A stretch of DNA of 64,000 nucleotides from an uncultured Clostridia bacterium (GCA_964492845.1 CAZBMZ010000032.1:12090-76089), one strand, 5' to 3'. Positions 1-11,298 are shown, numbered from the stretch's first letter. Numbers and translations are program-made. Notes: generated from the letters alone by a model not told the origin.

Positions 1-1687
1 GGAATATTAAGGGTTTCAAAAAATCTTGTTCCAATGTTATTAGTAGTTGTAAGGATACCTTTACCTAAAGCTTGAGGATCGCCACCTTCAGGAAAAACAC
101 TTCTTAAAAAGCCTCCTCCAAGCGGAGGATTAGTAGCTACAGTAACAGATTTTACACCAGGCAAGCCTTGAACACGGCTTTGAACATTACGGAAAAACTC
201 TTTACCCTGTACTTCACTATAACTTTGGCGGTTTAACTCAAATGAGATTGTAAAAACTTTTTTAGTTTCAAATCCTGGATCAATTGATTGAGCATTAAGC
301 AGGCTACGAAGGAAAAGACTAGCACTAATCAAAGCAATTAATGAAAAAGCAATTTGAGCAATTACCAAAATATTACGTAATGTTAAAAGTTTATTTCCTG
401 AATTAATTGGGGCTGTTTTTTCTTTTAATTCTATTACTAAATTTGACCTAGTAGCTTGAAGGGTTGGGATAATACCAAAAATTACTCCTGTAACTAATGA
501 AATCAATAAAGTAAAAACTACCACCCTTAAATCTAAGCTTAAATCCAGCCCATCAGCTTGAATAAAAATAGGGCGATAAGACCATAATAAATCACGTCCC
601 CAAACAGCTAAACCAAGACCAATAATGCCTCCCACAGTAGAAAGTAAAATACTTTCAATCATAAATTGTTGAAATAGCCGCCATGCACTAGCACCTAGAG
701 CAATACGAATAGCAACTTCTCGGCGACGAATATTAGCCCTTATTAACAAAAGGTTGGCAATATTGGCACAAGCAATTAACAGCACTAAGCCTACTACAGC
801 CATTAACAATGCTCCACCTCTTATAAAGAGATCTCGTTGATTTGGATTAACTGTAGATTCTGCTAATGGTATAAGCGTCAGTGTACGACCATCATTATCT
901 TTTGGATGTTCTTTAGCTAATTGACTAGCAATAGTTTTTATTTCTGCTTGTGCTTGTTCAATAGTGACATTTGGTTTAAGTCTACCAACTAAACTAAAAA
1001 GCAAAGCGCGGCGAGAATCAAACCATTGCTTAAAAATACCGCTAAAAACTTGTTCATGCATCATCATTGGAACAAAAAAGTCCACTGAACCTATAGCAAA
1101 AGTTCCTCGAAAATTTGCTGGAGTCACACCAATTATTGTATAGCTAGTAGCATTTAATGTAATTTGACTACCTATAACTTCAGGCTTTGCTCCAAATTGG
1201 GTTTTCCATACATTATGACTAAGAACAATAACAGGATGAAGTCCTGGGGTTTGGTCTTCTTCAGGCAAAAAAGTCCGTCCTATTACAGCTTTTACTCCTA
1301 AAACATCAAAATAATTTCCTGTAACAATTAAGCCATTAAGTTGTCTAGGTTCTCCTTGACCTATTAGGCTTAAAGATGCTCCTGCAAAAGCTGATATTGC
1401 TGTAAAACTAGTGTTTTGGTCACGATAATCTTTATAGTTTGGAAAAGAAACAGGCAAGCTATTACGATTACCAGTAGAGTTTTTTCCATCCAAAGTAAAA
1501 AGGGAAACTATTTCCGAAGGCTTTTCCATTGGCAATGGTTGTAAAAAAATAGCATTTAAGATTGTAAAAATAGTTGTGTTTGCTCCAATGCCTAAAGCTA
1601 AAATAAAAATTACTGCTATAGTAAAAATTTTGCTTTTTGCCAATACTCGTAGCCCATAGCGGAAATCTTGAAGAAATTTTTCCATAA
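1..1687 (-). CDS. FtsX/MacB-like ABC transporter permease, ADOP family (partial; the C-terminal part lies beyond the window start)
   Basis: The minus-strand ORF begins with MEKFLQDFRYGLRVLAKS, the hallmark N-terminus of Acidobacterial duplicated orphan permeases. An N-terminal TM helix and a large periplasmic domain are followed by FtsX-type TM helices. An AAGGGG RBS lies upstream of the ATG at 1685-1687. The ORF runs off the window edge. Confidence 0.8.
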
Positions 1688-1978
1688 CTTTTCCCCTTTT
1701 CTTTGTGAAACTTAAAAAGGCCAGCTAAATTGGCTAACCAAATGCCGTGCCATCTTTTTGATTTATTTTATTTAATTGATAAGATGAGCTTTGTAGAAAT
1801 ATTTCTAACCTTGTATATTTAGATTTGTTCGTTTGTGGGATAATGCTGTCCCAAAAAAGAATATATGACAAAGTTTTTCTTAGTAGAAAAACTTCTATTA
1901 AAGATACAAAAATAGACTAGCACTGCATCTAAAACTTTTAGAAATTAGTGTTAAATAATAATTTTAAGGATATTTTTT

Positions 1979-2653
1979 ATGACACGCTTTATTAATCTTG
2001 CAATATTTAAGCTATTTTTTGTTTCTATCTTATTGCTATTAATTACTTTACCAGGACAAGCTGAAGATGAAACTGTCAAAAAATTAATTATTGGACTAGA
2101 AAATCGCTATGGCAATATGAAAGGGCTAGCAGCAGATTTTACTCAAGTTTATAGCGACCGAGCCGGGCGAAAGCTCCGTGAACAAGGCACATTAACCTTA
2201 AAGCGACCTGGAAAAATGCGTTGGGATTATCGCCAGCCTGAAGAAAAAATATTTATTGTAAATGATAAAAAAGTCTATTTTTACCTCCCTGAAGAAAAAG
2301 AAGTGACAATCACTGCCCTTAAAGAAAGCGACGATCCACGCGCACCATTTGTTTTTCTCTTGGGCCGTCGTAATTTACAAAAAGATTTTAAGTCTGTAGA
2401 AATTTCTAATGTAGAATCACCAATTATTGCTGGTAATATTGTGCTAGAATTAATCCCTAAGCGTGTAAGTAGTTCATTAAAAAGATTATTTGTAGAAATA
2501 AACCCTAAAGCCATCCAATTAAGTCGCTTAGTATTAATCAATGCAAATGATGGGCGTTCAGATTTTATCTTGTCAAATTTTAAGGAAAATTTCTTAGCCA
2601 CAGATGAACAATTTGAATTTTCTGTTCCTCCAGGAGTAAAAATATTGCAGTAA
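1979..2653 (+). CDS. lolA: Outer-membrane lipoprotein carrier protein LolA-like
   Basis: Has a signal peptide. The region GLAADFTQVYSD...GTLTLKRPGKMRWDYRQPEEKIFIVNDKKVYFY is a typical LolA fold signature. Confidence 0.7.
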   Translation: MTRFINLAIFKLFFVSILLLLITLPGQAEDETVKKLIIGLENRYGNMKGLAADFTQVYSDRAGRKLREQGTLTLKRPGKMRWDYRQPEEKIFIVNDKKVYFYLPEEKEVTITALKESDDPRAPFVFLLGRRNLQKDFKSVEISNVESPIIAGNIVLELIPKRVSSSLKRLFVEINPKAIQLSRLVLINANDGRSDFILSNFKENFLATDEQFEFSVPPGVKILQ

Positions 2654-2954
2654 ATACCTTAGACCATACAGATTATTTATTTAACCATTTGCTTAATCAA
2701 TATTTAGAACTAGAACTTAGCTTTATTAAGTCCAAAAGCCAGATCTCTTTTGGTGATAGTTGTTTAGTTATAGCAGAAAAAGCAGCAAATTCTTAAAAAT
2801 CCATTGACAAAAATAGTTAGATTTTTCTAACTCATGCTATACTGTCGGCTATAAAAACATCCTAACAATTAAGTAATACTTAAAATTATTAATGCAGATT
2901 TATCTAATGTCTGTCTAAAATCTTATTTTACAAGTTATAGGAGGAGTTGAAGTT

Positions 2955-3314
2955 ATGAGACTAGGAAAACATGCAATTTTATTTGAACCAACCTTTGAAG
3001 TTTTGACTAAATCAAGTGAACATAATGTAATGACTATTGAACATATTACAGAATTTGTTGAAACAGATGTAAAACACTTTGCTTGGTTAGAAGATGCAGT
3101 AATAGAAGCAAAAAAATATTTAGAAAAAAAATCTTATCAAGAAGTAGCTAACCGTCGTCTTTGTGGAATTTGTGGGGTTACTGCATTAAAAGGGAATGCA
3201 GATGCTTGTGCTAATTGTGATAGCTTACCTGATAATGTTCAACGAGCTTTTATTGCTTTACGCTCAACTATCATTGAACAAAATGAAAGAATTGAAGAAT
3301 TAGCTAAAAAATAA
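2955..3314 (+). CDS. Hypothetical protein with a C-terminal CxxC-x10-CxxC zinc ribbon
   Basis: A strong RBS (AGGAGG) sits 10 nt upstream of the ATG. The motif CGICG...CANCD is present. I recognise no family. Confidence 0.5.
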   Translation: MRLGKHAILFEPTFEVLTKSSEHNVMTIEHITEFVETDVKHFAWLEDAVIEAKKYLEKKSYQEVANRRLCGICGVTALKGNADACANCDSLPDNVQRAFIALRSTIIEQNERIEELAKK

Positions 3315-3340
3315 ACTAACCTAAAAACTTAGGCTAAAAT

Positions 3341-3372
3341 AAGAGAGTAAAAATTTACTCTCTTATTTTTTT
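3341..3372. terminator. Rho-independent terminator, bidirectional, between convergent genes
   Basis: AAGAGAGTAAAAATTTACTCTCTT forms a 9-bp stem. It is followed by a T8 run on the + strand and preceded by an A-rich tract on the - strand. Confidence 0.55.
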
Positions 3373-3382
3373 ATATTTTCTT

Positions 3383-4075
3383 TTACTCAGGTTTTTGACA
3401 GCGAAAAACAAAAGAAGGAGGTAGATTACGAAATACTACCGACGTATCAACTATAGGGAAAGTCTTTCTTAAAAGCCTCATAACGCTATTAATAACCCTA
3501 GCATGTACATATTGATAAGTAACAAACACGCCACCGGGCCGCAAACTAGCATAAGAATTATTTAAGATCCGCTGTCCAAGTTTTGGTTCAATTAAAGCAA
3601 AAGGTAGACTAGAAATAATATAGTCTGCTTTTTCTAAATCGTTACGTTTTAGAAGTTCATCAATATTTTCTGCACTATCCTGGATAATTTGATGTTCTGG
3701 AAAACGTCTTTGCCAAATTTCTATCATATTAGCATTAGTTTCTACAGCAAAAAACTTGGTTTTTTCACCACATTTTTTAACAATAGCTTTAGTGATTGCT
3801 CCTGTGCCAGGGCCAAATTCAACTACTGCTTTGGCATTAGCTAAATCTAAATTAGCCACCATTCCTTCTGCTAAAAAGCGGGAGCTAGGAGTTACTTGTC
3901 CAAGTTCTACAGGGTTTTCAACTAAAGTTTTAACAAACAAAAGTTTATCTTTAGAAAAATTATCTAAGTTTTTAGGAAATCCTTCTAAATTTTTAGAGAA
4001 CTTATCAAGTTTAGGAAATTTTTTTAAGTCAAGAGCTAACTTTTTTTTAGAATTTTGCATAACAAAAAAACCCAT
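3383..4075 (-). CDS. Class I SAM-dependent methyltransferase with an N-terminal Lys/Phe-rich repetitive extension
   Basis: Motif I VEFGPGTGAITKAI is present, followed by an acidic post-I residue and a rRNA adenine dimethylase/PmtA-like core. The N-terminus carries repeats of the form KFxKxL(D/E)xF(S/P)K. The true start may instead be the internal MQNSKKK. Confidence 0.65.
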   Translation of the reverse strand: MGFFVMQNSKKKLALDLKKFPKLDKFSKNLEGFPKNLDNFSKDKLLFVKTLVENPVELGQVTPSSRFLAEGMVANLDLANAKAVVEFGPGTGAITKAIVKKCGEKTKFFAVETNANMIEIWQRRFPEHQIIQDSAENIDELLKRNDLEKADYIISSLPFALIEPKLGQRILNNSYASLRPGGVFVTYQYVHARVINSVMRLLRKTFPIVDTSVVFRNLPPSFVFRCQKPE

Positions 4076-4191
4076 CTGGAAGTTACTAAAATCTACTAGT
4101 TTTTAGTTATAAAAATTAAGATTATTGGCGACGATTCTAACGAACTTAAACTTTAGAAGCAAGCAAGATAATATCTTCCTTAAGAAAATTT

Positions 4192-5868
4192 TTATTTATT
4201 ATTCTCAATATTAGTTTTTGGTTCTTCATTTGGTTTAGCTGCTTCTGTTGGTTTTGGTTCCTCTACTGTTTTAGTAGGTTCAGGTTTATTTTGTTCAGCA
4301 ATTTTTGCCTCAAGATCTTTTAATGCACTAACAGCAACACTATTATTTCCTTCAATAGACAAGATTGCTCGATACTCTGCCGCTGCCGCTGCAAGTTCAC
4401 CTATTTCTTGAAGCGATATAGCCAAATTAGAATGTGCTGCTATAAAACTTGGTGCTACTGCAACAGCTTTACGATATTCTAAAATTGCAGATTTAGTATC
4501 CCCTTCTTTTCTTAGTAAATTACCTAGATTAAAATAAGCTTCTTTTAGTGATGGGTTTGTCTTACTTACATTACGATATTCTGCAATGGCTTCTGCTGTT
4601 TTGCCAGTTTGAGCTAACAGAGTAGCTAGTTTTAATCTAGCACCTGCAAGCCAAGGCTCTATTTTTAATGCCGCTTGATAGGATTCTATAGCTAGCGTAG
4701 TATTACCTTTATGGGCCGCTGCTTCAGCTATTGCTACTTGTGCTTGAGCATTGTTACCTTTTGAGGCAACCTCTTTTAATTGATTCATAGCATCATTAAG
4801 CACAATATCAGAATATCTTTGAGCAGTAATGCTAAGGTAAAGCTTTGCTGTCTGATCATTAGGATTAGCTTGTAATGCTGTGCTAAAAGCTCTTTCGGCT
4901 GCTAATAAATTTCCTTCTTCTAACATCAATTTTCCATAAGCAACTTGATCTGCTATAGAATTAGGTCGCTGAGAAAGTACTATTTCATATTCCTTAATAG
5001 CTTCATCGTAATTTCCAACACTAGCATAAATATTACCTAATACAGAATGAGCTTCTACATCATTAACATTTACATTTAATGCGCCTAAAGCAAAGCGTTG
5101 AGCATCTTCTAAATTCCCTCGTCGTAAATATTTTAGCGCAACATTAACTAAAGGATAATTCCAATCTGGAGCCAGTGAAATAGCTTTTAAGTAAGATTTT
5201 AAGGAATCTTCTTCCTTCTTTTGCTCAGATAATGCTCGCCCTAAAGCATTATAAAAATAGGGTGCTTTATCGTCTTTTTTTATTCCTTGACGAAAAAGTT
5301 CTTCTGCTTTTTTAGGGTCTTTATCAGCTAAAGCGATCATCCCTTGATAAAATAAATCAAATGCAGCAAAACGTTTATCTTTAGGTTGTAATGTTTTTAA
5401 GCGTTCTGAATACTTTTGGGCCGAGGCCCAATCATCCCTGGTAAAGCTATAATTAGCTCCTTGAAGATAAAGTTCTAAAGGCGATCTAGCCACATCTCCA
5501 AGTATTAAAGTAAGGGTTTCTCTTAAGCTTTTTAATGATGGTTCATTTGGAGAATTCTTAACTAATATTTGATAAAGCTCATAAGCATTTTGTCCAGGTG
5601 GTTCAATTAGTTGCTTAAGAGAAATTGCTAACTCAATTTGTGTTACTAATGGATTAGTAGTGGGTTCTGGCTTTGGTGCTGGTGTTTGTTCTTGATTTTC
5701 TTCTGTATTAGCTTGATTTTCTTGCTCTTGTTCTTTTTTATTTTTATCTTGTTTTTCTTTCTTTTCTTTCTTTTCTTTTTTATCTTTTACTTCATTTTCC
5801 TGAAAAGCTAAACTAGAAATTGGAAAAGTTAGAATCAAACAAATGACAAATAACTTCAATAAACGCAT
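4192..5868 (-). CDS. Secreted tetratricopeptide-repeat protein
   Basis: Signal peptide, then a KEKKEKKEKQ/EQ-rich low-complexity linker. At least 10 TPR-like repeats follow, with W-LG-Y/A-G-A-F-A-P spacing. The C-terminal tail is P/E/K-rich. Confidence 0.8.
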   Translation of the reverse strand: MRLLKLFVICLILTFPISSLAFQENEVKDKKEKKEKKEKQDKNKKEQEQENQANTEENQEQTPAPKPEPTTNPLVTQIELAISLKQLIEPPGQNAYELYQILVKNSPNEPSLKSLRETLTLILGDVARSPLELYLQGANYSFTRDDWASAQKYSERLKTLQPKDKRFAAFDLFYQGMIALADKDPKKAEELFRQGIKKDDKAPYFYNALGRALSEQKKEEDSLKSYLKAISLAPDWNYPLVNVALKYLRRGNLEDAQRFALGALNVNVNDVEAHSVLGNIYASVGNYDEAIKEYEIVLSQRPNSIADQVAYGKLMLEEGNLLAAERAFSTALQANPNDQTAKLYLSITAQRYSDIVLNDAMNQLKEVASKGNNAQAQVAIAEAAAHKGNTTLAIESYQAALKIEPWLAGARLKLATLLAQTGKTAEAIAEYRNVSKTNPSLKEAYFNLGNLLRKEGDTKSAILEYRKAVAVAPSFIAAHSNLAISLQEIGELAAAAAEYRAILSIEGNNSVAVSALKDLEAKIAEQNKPEPTKTVEEPKPTEAAKPNEEPKTNIENNK

Positions 5869-6033
5869 TGCTATTCCTCAAAGATTTTTCTAAGTTGGCT
5901 AGGTGAGAATTTTCATTATAACAAAACTAGCTTTCCTACACCTAACCATCAATTACTAAAATCTAGTATTTCCAAGCCTTTTTGCTTGGCATCTATACAA
6001 TTTTCTTAGCTTTATTTACTTACTAACCACTAT

Positions 6034-8187
6034 TTATTTTTCTGCTTTAGCATTATTTAAGTTCAATTCTAATAAAGCTTTTTTGGTGGCATTAAGTAAA
6101 GCTTCAGCCCCAACAGGTGCGCCGCTAGCCTTTTTCATCCACATATCTGGCGTAACACTACCCACAACTGCCATACGTTCAAACTCTTGTCCAATATTAC
6201 CAGCCTTTTCCATTTGTTCTTCAATTTGGAAAGCAATTAAATGGCCTATTGGGTAATCCGGCAAGTACATAAAACCATCTATCATATGAGAATAAATACC
6301 TAGTAAAACAACATCTTTTTGCTTAAATACTGGTGCATAGTATTTATTCCAAACATCCTTAGCAATTTTTACTGTAGCATCTTTTAGCTCTGCTGGTGTA
6401 GCGTTAGGGTGATCATACATCCAATGCCAAACCGTCATATCAACTAAAGCTACTCCAGCAATTTCATAAGTTGCCCAAAAATCATTAAGTGTTTTTAAGG
6501 CTTGGCTTTTACTATCTGGTTTAGCTAGTCCTAGTAGTTCTAAATCATGTCCTTGGAAAACAAAGGCTAAAGCTTCTGTAAAAGCTGTATTTGGAACACC
6601 TTGCAATAAAACATGATCAATATTATTAAGCGAGAAAGTTTGCTCAACATTATGCCCCATTTCATGAACAGCAATATTATAGCCTTTGTAATTCATGCCT
6701 GTTTTTTCAACCCTAGTACGCAGATGGGCTTTTTCTGAACGCATAGCCGCACCCATTGCATGACCTGAACCACGAGCAGCATCAACTTCAATATTATTAG
6801 CTAAATATTCAGCACGTTCTTTGCTAAAGCCTAATTTTACCAACAAATTAGGCATATCTTTTTTATAAGCATCTCCTGTTGGATAGCGTTTTGAAACGAT
6901 TTCATCAAGTTGTGCTTCGCTATAACTTCCACGAGGTCTAAAACCGTTATACCAAATATCAAAAGGCTCAAGTGGCCGTCCAAGTCGGCTCTCTATCAAT
7001 TTGGCAGTTTGAGCGACTAATGGAGATGAGACGACATCCTCCAACATAGCTTTTACTCTAGCTTCTGGTAGTTCCCTATTTTCTTCAAAACGTCGGGCGA
7101 TCAAAGTCGGTGCTGTTGGTGAATAAGGATCAACCTTTCTTGCAGCTTGAAAAGTTGATAGCAGTTGTGCATAACGTGTATTAGGTTCAGGCGCGTTAGT
7201 AGGACTGTCAACTACTTTTCCCTCTCCTTCAGAATCTTTAACTGCTGCCTTTTTTACTTCATTAGTAACAGGATTCCAATCAACATTAGGGTTATTTACT
7301 ACTACTTCTGGAATTGTTTGATTAACAATATGTTCCATAACTCGTTGAATCATCTGTTGTTTAGCTAGTCCATTGTTAACATCACTATAACTAGCTTTAA
7401 TCTCATCTCTTAAATTCCAATGTGAAAGCAATCGTAGTTTTGGAGGAAAAATTCTTTGTCCTTTATCATCTACTAAATGGTGCATCCAAATATTGTATTC
7501 AGAAATATAACGCTCACTCTCAGACGAAACTTTAGCAATCGCCAAATTAACCTCTGCTGGAACACGTTTAGAAAATCTTTGTGCTAGCCGGGTTTCCGCC
7601 CATTGACGACGCGACCACTTTTCACCCTCATTTAAGCGTTGCTCTAAAGTAGTTAATGGAAAATTAAGTAGCACAGCAAAAGCTAATTTATTCTTAAAAA
7701 AGTCATCAATAAAGTGCGCTGATGGATCATAACCAGCAAATAAATCATCAAAAGGCATTATTGGGCCAATATCCAAATCAGATTGATTGCGAAATTCTCG
7801 GTTAATTTCGTGCATATGCCCATCAAGTTGTTCTAAATTATGCTCAAAACGCTTAAATAATTCGTCTAAAGTTGCTTGATCCCCAGCAAAATATTCTTTA
7901 ATAAATTGCTCAAAAACTTCTTTATCTCCATCTTCTGAACGCCAAAAACTTGCCACTTGCTTTATACCTTGTTGCAATCTTGTCCGCTGAGTTTCGCCAT
8001 ATTTAGCTATTAAATCTGTCTCTAATTTATTTGTTACTTCTTTAATCCAAGGAAATTCTGACTCTACTTGTTTAGGGGAATTCATATTATTTGCCCTTGA
8101 TATAGTTGGAATTGGAAATGTAAGTGTTGATGCTAGAGTCAAGGCTAGTATCAGCGTTTTAAGATTTTTCATGCTTGGTGCCTCCAA
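6034..8187 (-). CDS. Secreted zinc metallopeptidase of the gluzincin type, M2 (ACE-like) or M3-like
   Basis: Has a signal peptide. HEMGH is followed ~24 residues later by EALAF, giving the HExxH...E gluzincin arrangement. The layout resembles the ACE/M2 zinc site. I cannot fix the family from sequence alone. Confidence 0.65.
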   Translation of the reverse strand: MEAPSMKNLKTLILALTLASTLTFPIPTISRANNMNSPKQVESEFPWIKEVTNKLETDLIAKYGETQRTRLQQGIKQVASFWRSEDGDKEVFEQFIKEYFAGDQATLDELFKRFEHNLEQLDGHMHEINREFRNQSDLDIGPIMPFDDLFAGYDPSAHFIDDFFKNKLAFAVLLNFPLTTLEQRLNEGEKWSRRQWAETRLAQRFSKRVPAEVNLAIAKVSSESERYISEYNIWMHHLVDDKGQRIFPPKLRLLSHWNLRDEIKASYSDVNNGLAKQQMIQRVMEHIVNQTIPEVVVNNPNVDWNPVTNEVKKAAVKDSEGEGKVVDSPTNAPEPNTRYAQLLSTFQAARKVDPYSPTAPTLIARRFEENRELPEARVKAMLEDVVSSPLVAQTAKLIESRLGRPLEPFDIWYNGFRPRGSYSEAQLDEIVSKRYPTGDAYKKDMPNLLVKLGFSKERAEYLANNIEVDAARGSGHAMGAAMRSEKAHLRTRVEKTGMNYKGYNIAVHEMGHNVEQTFSLNNIDHVLLQGVPNTAFTEALAFVFQGHDLELLGLAKPDSKSQALKTLNDFWATYEIAGVALVDMTVWHWMYDHPNATPAELKDATVKIAKDVWNKYYAPVFKQKDVVLLGIYSHMIDGFMYLPDYPIGHLIAFQIEEQMEKAGNIGQEFERMAVVGSVTPDMWMKKASGAPVGAEALLNATKKALLELNLNNAKAEK

Positions 8188-8340
8188 AAAAACTTATAAT
8201 TATTAGGAAATTGTAGAAAAAAGGATTTTTTATTGATCTCTTGAAGGATAAGAGGATTTTTTATTAGCGTCAATCGCTTGTTTCTATAAGGTCAATAGCT
8301 AATGAAACAACTTTGTATTACAAAATAAATTTGCTACAAA

Positions 8341-9708
8341 CTAAAGTTGTCCAATGTTTTCTTGAAGCTTTTTAAGTATTTGTTGGTAAGAAGGATCTTG
8401 ATAACGTTCAAGTAAAAACATTGAAGCATAACTAGGTAGTTTTTCACCTAAAACATGTGAGGCTAAAAGTTCACCTGCTGCTTGAGAAGACATAATTCCA
8501 TAACCTGATAATGCACCTATTATATACACTCCGCTTACTGGCAAAGGCCCTATTAAAGGGCGATTTTCTACTGTTTTACAGTAATAGCCACCATCTACAT
8601 AAGCTTTGCTACCTTGCCCAAAATAGCTAGACATTTCTGGAATCATTCTTGAGATTGCCCTAATTAAAACTTCCCCATAATGAGGACTAAATTTTATTGG
8701 CTGGTAGTCTTTTTCTACACGCTTTTCATATGTCCAAATAATCATTATTTCTAGGTTTTTGCTGTCTCCTTTTGGTCTTAGATGTACCCCACTAGGAAAT
8801 TTATCTAGTAGCCAATTAGTAGAGGTATTAGAAGCCCACAAACGTTTTTCTTCATCTGTCCTGGGTAAATAAAGCTCATCATCCCAAATCATAAGTGGAG
8901 CATTTGCTGAAAAAATTTTTTTAGTATCAGAAAAAGTAATTTTTCCATGTAGTTCATTAAAAACAGGCAGGTCTAACCCTAACATATCACCTACACTTTT
9001 AAGATGAGGCCCTACAGCTAAAACTAGACTTTCTGGTTCTAATACCTTACCCGAAGCTAGTTTAATGGAAACTAGTTTATTATTTATTACTTCTACTGAC
9101 TCTAATTTATCTAAAATAAATTCTCCTCCATATCGTTCTACTTCTTCTTTAAGCCATTCTCCTAGCTTTATAGAATTCATCCAACCAGCACGACGAATAT
9201 GCAAAGCAGCCTTAACATCTTTTGTAAGAAAAGGATAAAGCTTGGTAACGTGTTCTGGGTCTAAAATTAAATCTGCTCCTGAAAGAGTTTTATTAAAGTT
9301 TTCTGTTAATGTCGGTAAGTAATTATCTAGGCTAGAATGTTCTCTAAACTCGCCTGCTCCAAGACGCGAGATTTCTTGGGCTGATTTTCTCCAATTATTA
9401 ATTTGACTATCTTGAGCAGTTAGAAAAAGATAGCCTCTTTGGTTAAGCCCAAAGTGGTTATTAGGTTTTTCTGCAAGTTCTGCTATAAGGTCAATACTAC
9501 GGTTAATAAACTTAACCATAGTATCGTCTGGGCCAGGCCACCAATTACGATAAGCTTGAGTGCCTTTGCTACTTGTAAGTGAAAGTGGCTGACCTTGATC
9601 AAGAATTAAAACACGTTTTTTTCTATGTTTAACTACTAGATGATAAGCAGCCGAAATACCCGCCATTCCAGCACCACAAATAACTATTTGAGGAGACATT
9701 TTAGACAT
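8341..9708 (-). CDS. FAD-dependent oxidoreductase (DAO family)
   Basis: The N-terminus carries the Rossmann dinucleotide motif IVICGAGMAGISAAYHL. It lies 57 nt downstream of arsC on the same strand. Confidence 0.75.
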   Translation of the reverse strand: MSKMSPQIVICGAGMAGISAAYHLVVKHRKKRVLILDQGQPLSLTSSKGTQAYRNWWPGPDDTMVKFINRSIDLIAELAEKPNNHFGLNQRGYLFLTAQDSQINNWRKSAQEISRLGAGEFREHSSLDNYLPTLTENFNKTLSGADLILDPEHVTKLYPFLTKDVKAALHIRRAGWMNSIKLGEWLKEEVERYGGEFILDKLESVEVINNKLVSIKLASGKVLEPESLVLAVGPHLKSVGDMLGLDLPVFNELHGKITFSDTKKIFSANAPLMIWDDELYLPRTDEEKRLWASNTSTNWLLDKFPSGVHLRPKGDSKNLEIMIIWTYEKRVEKDYQPIKFSPHYGEVLIRAISRMIPEMSSYFGQGSKAYVDGGYYCKTVENRPLIGPLPVSGVYIIGALSGYGIMSSQAAGELLASHVLGEKLPSYASMFLLERYQDPSYQQILKKLQENIGQL

Positions 9709-9765
9709 TATTTAAGTATCCGTTTTAGTTTTATCCTGCAACATTTATGTCTCTTAATATAATAG

Positions 9766-10167
9766 CTATTTGGAAATATTTGCAATTAAGTCTTTAACTT
9801 TGGATTCTATTAAATCTCGAACTTCCTTAAATTCGTCTGTAGACATATGTTTTGGGTCGGGAATTTTCCAATCTTCTCTATTTTTAGCAACTACAAATGG
9901 GCATTCATCACCACATCCCATTGTGATAGCGTATTCATATTCGCTTGTAGGAATATCTTCTAAGGATTTAGATTTATGTTGGGTAAGGTCGTAGCCTATT
10001 TCTTTCATTGCTTCTATAGCTTTAGGGTTTACAGTTCCAGATGGTCTAGAACCTGAACTATAAACTTCAATAACTGCTTGACCATAAATTTTTCCAAAAG
10101 CCTCAGCCAACTGGCTACGACAAGAATTTTCTACGCATACAAATAAAACTCTTGGTAAATCACTCAT
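9766..10167 (-). CDS. arsC: Arsenate reductase, thioredoxin-coupled LMW-PTPase family
   Basis: The CVENSCRSQ P-loop (Cx5R) sits near the N-terminus. A downstream Cys pair lies in GCGDECP. The protein is 133 aa and sits within the ars cluster. Confidence 0.85.
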   Translation of the reverse strand: MSDLPRVLFVCVENSCRSQLAEAFGKIYGQAVIEVYSSGSRPSGTVNPKAIEAMKEIGYDLTQHKSKSLEDIPTSEYEYAITMGCGDECPFVVAKNREDWKIPDPKHMSTDEFKEVRDLIESKVKDLIANISK

Positions 10168-10185
10168 TATAAAATCACCTTTTCT

Positions 10186-11274
10186 TTATGTTGTTTTACA
10201 TAATTTAATTTCTTTGTTAGATAAATTTTCTGGAAAATATCTTTTTTCAAACCAAAGTGCGACATTAACCAAAGCTATAAGGACTGGCACTTCAACTAGC
10301 GGCCCAATCACAGCAGCAAAAGCAGCACCATGATGAATGCCAAAAGTTGCTACAGCTACGGCAATAGCTAGCTCAAAATTGTTTGAAGCAGCAGTAAAAG
10401 AAAGTGTAGCCGACTGAGCATAGTTAGCTTGTAATTTTTTGCTCATAAAAAACGAAAATACAAACATTACAACAAAGTAAATTAGTAGAGGGATAGCAAT
10501 TTTAATTACATCTAATGGTAGTTCTATAATTGCTTCACCTTTTAGAGAAAACATAACAACAATTGTAAACAGTAGAGCAATAAGGGTTAACGGGCTAATT
10601 TTAGGAATAAAACTTGTTTGATACCAATCTTTTCCTTTTAATTTTATTAAGGAAAAGCGAGTTATTATTCCTGCTAGAAAAGGGATGCCTAAGTAAATAA
10701 ACACAGTTTTAGCAATTTCCAAAACAGTTATATTTACCGCAATACTCTTTAATCCAAACCAAGTAGGTAGAAGTGTAATAAAAAAGTAAGCATAAATTGG
10801 ATAAAAGAAAACCTGAAAAATAGAATTAAAAGCCACAAGTCCTGCACAATATTCAGAATCACCTTTAGCTAACTCATTCCAAACCAACACCATAGCAATA
10901 CATGGTGCTATTCCAATCATAATCAACCCTATCATATACTCCGGCTTGTCAGTTAATAAAGTTATTGCTAATAAAAACATTAGTGATGGGCCAATTACCC
11001 AATTTAGTACTAGAGATAACCCTAATATTTTGAAGTTATGGAAAACCCTTCCCATTTCTTCATAACGTACTTTAGCTAGAGGTGGATACATCATCAAAAT
11101 TAACCCTATAGCAATAGGAATTGAAGTCGTTCCAATACTTAAACCATTAAGCATTGGAACAACTTCAGGATAAAAATAACCCAAGCTAATACCCAAACCC
11201 ATAGCTAGAAATATCCACAAAGTTAAAAATCTATCCAGAAAAGAAAGTCGGCTTGCTACACTTGAGTTACTCAT
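10186..11274 (-). CDS. acr3: Arsenite efflux transporter, ACR3 family
   Basis: 362 aa with about 10 TM helices. The N-terminus ([20 protein letters not shown]) and overall profile are typical of Acr3/ArsB-type bile/arsenite/riboflavin transporter family members. It lies 18 nt upstream of arsC. Confidence 0.85.
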   Translation of the reverse strand: MSNSSVASRLSFLDRFLTLWIFLAMGLGISLGYFYPEVVPMLNGLSIGTTSIPIAIGLILMMYPPLAKVRYEEMGRVFHNFKILGLSLVLNWVIGPSLMFLLAITLLTDKPEYMIGLIMIGIAPCIAMVLVWNELAKGDSEYCAGLVAFNSIFQVFFYPIYAYFFITLLPTWFGLKSIAVNITVLEIAKTVFIYLGIPFLAGIITRFSLIKLKGKDWYQTSFIPKISPLTLIALLFTIVVMFSLKGEAIIELPLDVIKIAIPLLIYFVVMFVFSFFMSKKLQANYAQSATLSFTAASNNFELAIAVAVATFGIHHGAAFAAVIGPLVEVPVLIALVNVALWFEKRYFPENLSNKEIKLCKTT

Positions 11275-11298
11275 AACTTTATCCTTTTAGATTTTTTG

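Noticed and set aside
2281-2601. 106-aa minus-strand ORF inside lolA
   Set aside because: It is fully antisense to a well-supported CDS and has no motifs. The same reasoning applies to the other antisense or overlapping track ORFs. These are: 3756-4106, 7165-7368, 9770-9994, 11470-11691, 16138-16320, 16435-16830, 23942-24184, 24496-24753, 24773-24967, 25206-25459, 27266-27487, 27833-28090, 28367-28549, 31816-32007, 33190-33375, 33965-34192, 40740-40940, 43311-43493, 51612-51839, 53785-53973, 59050-59259, 59926-60117, 60205-60396, 61466-61780, 62843-63064 and 63335-63658.
4192-5868. KEKKEKKEKQ and EPKP low-complexity stretches in the TPR protein as possible repeats or mobile DNA
   Set aside because: They are in-frame low-complexity linkers of a secreted TPR protein, not DNA-level repeats of note.
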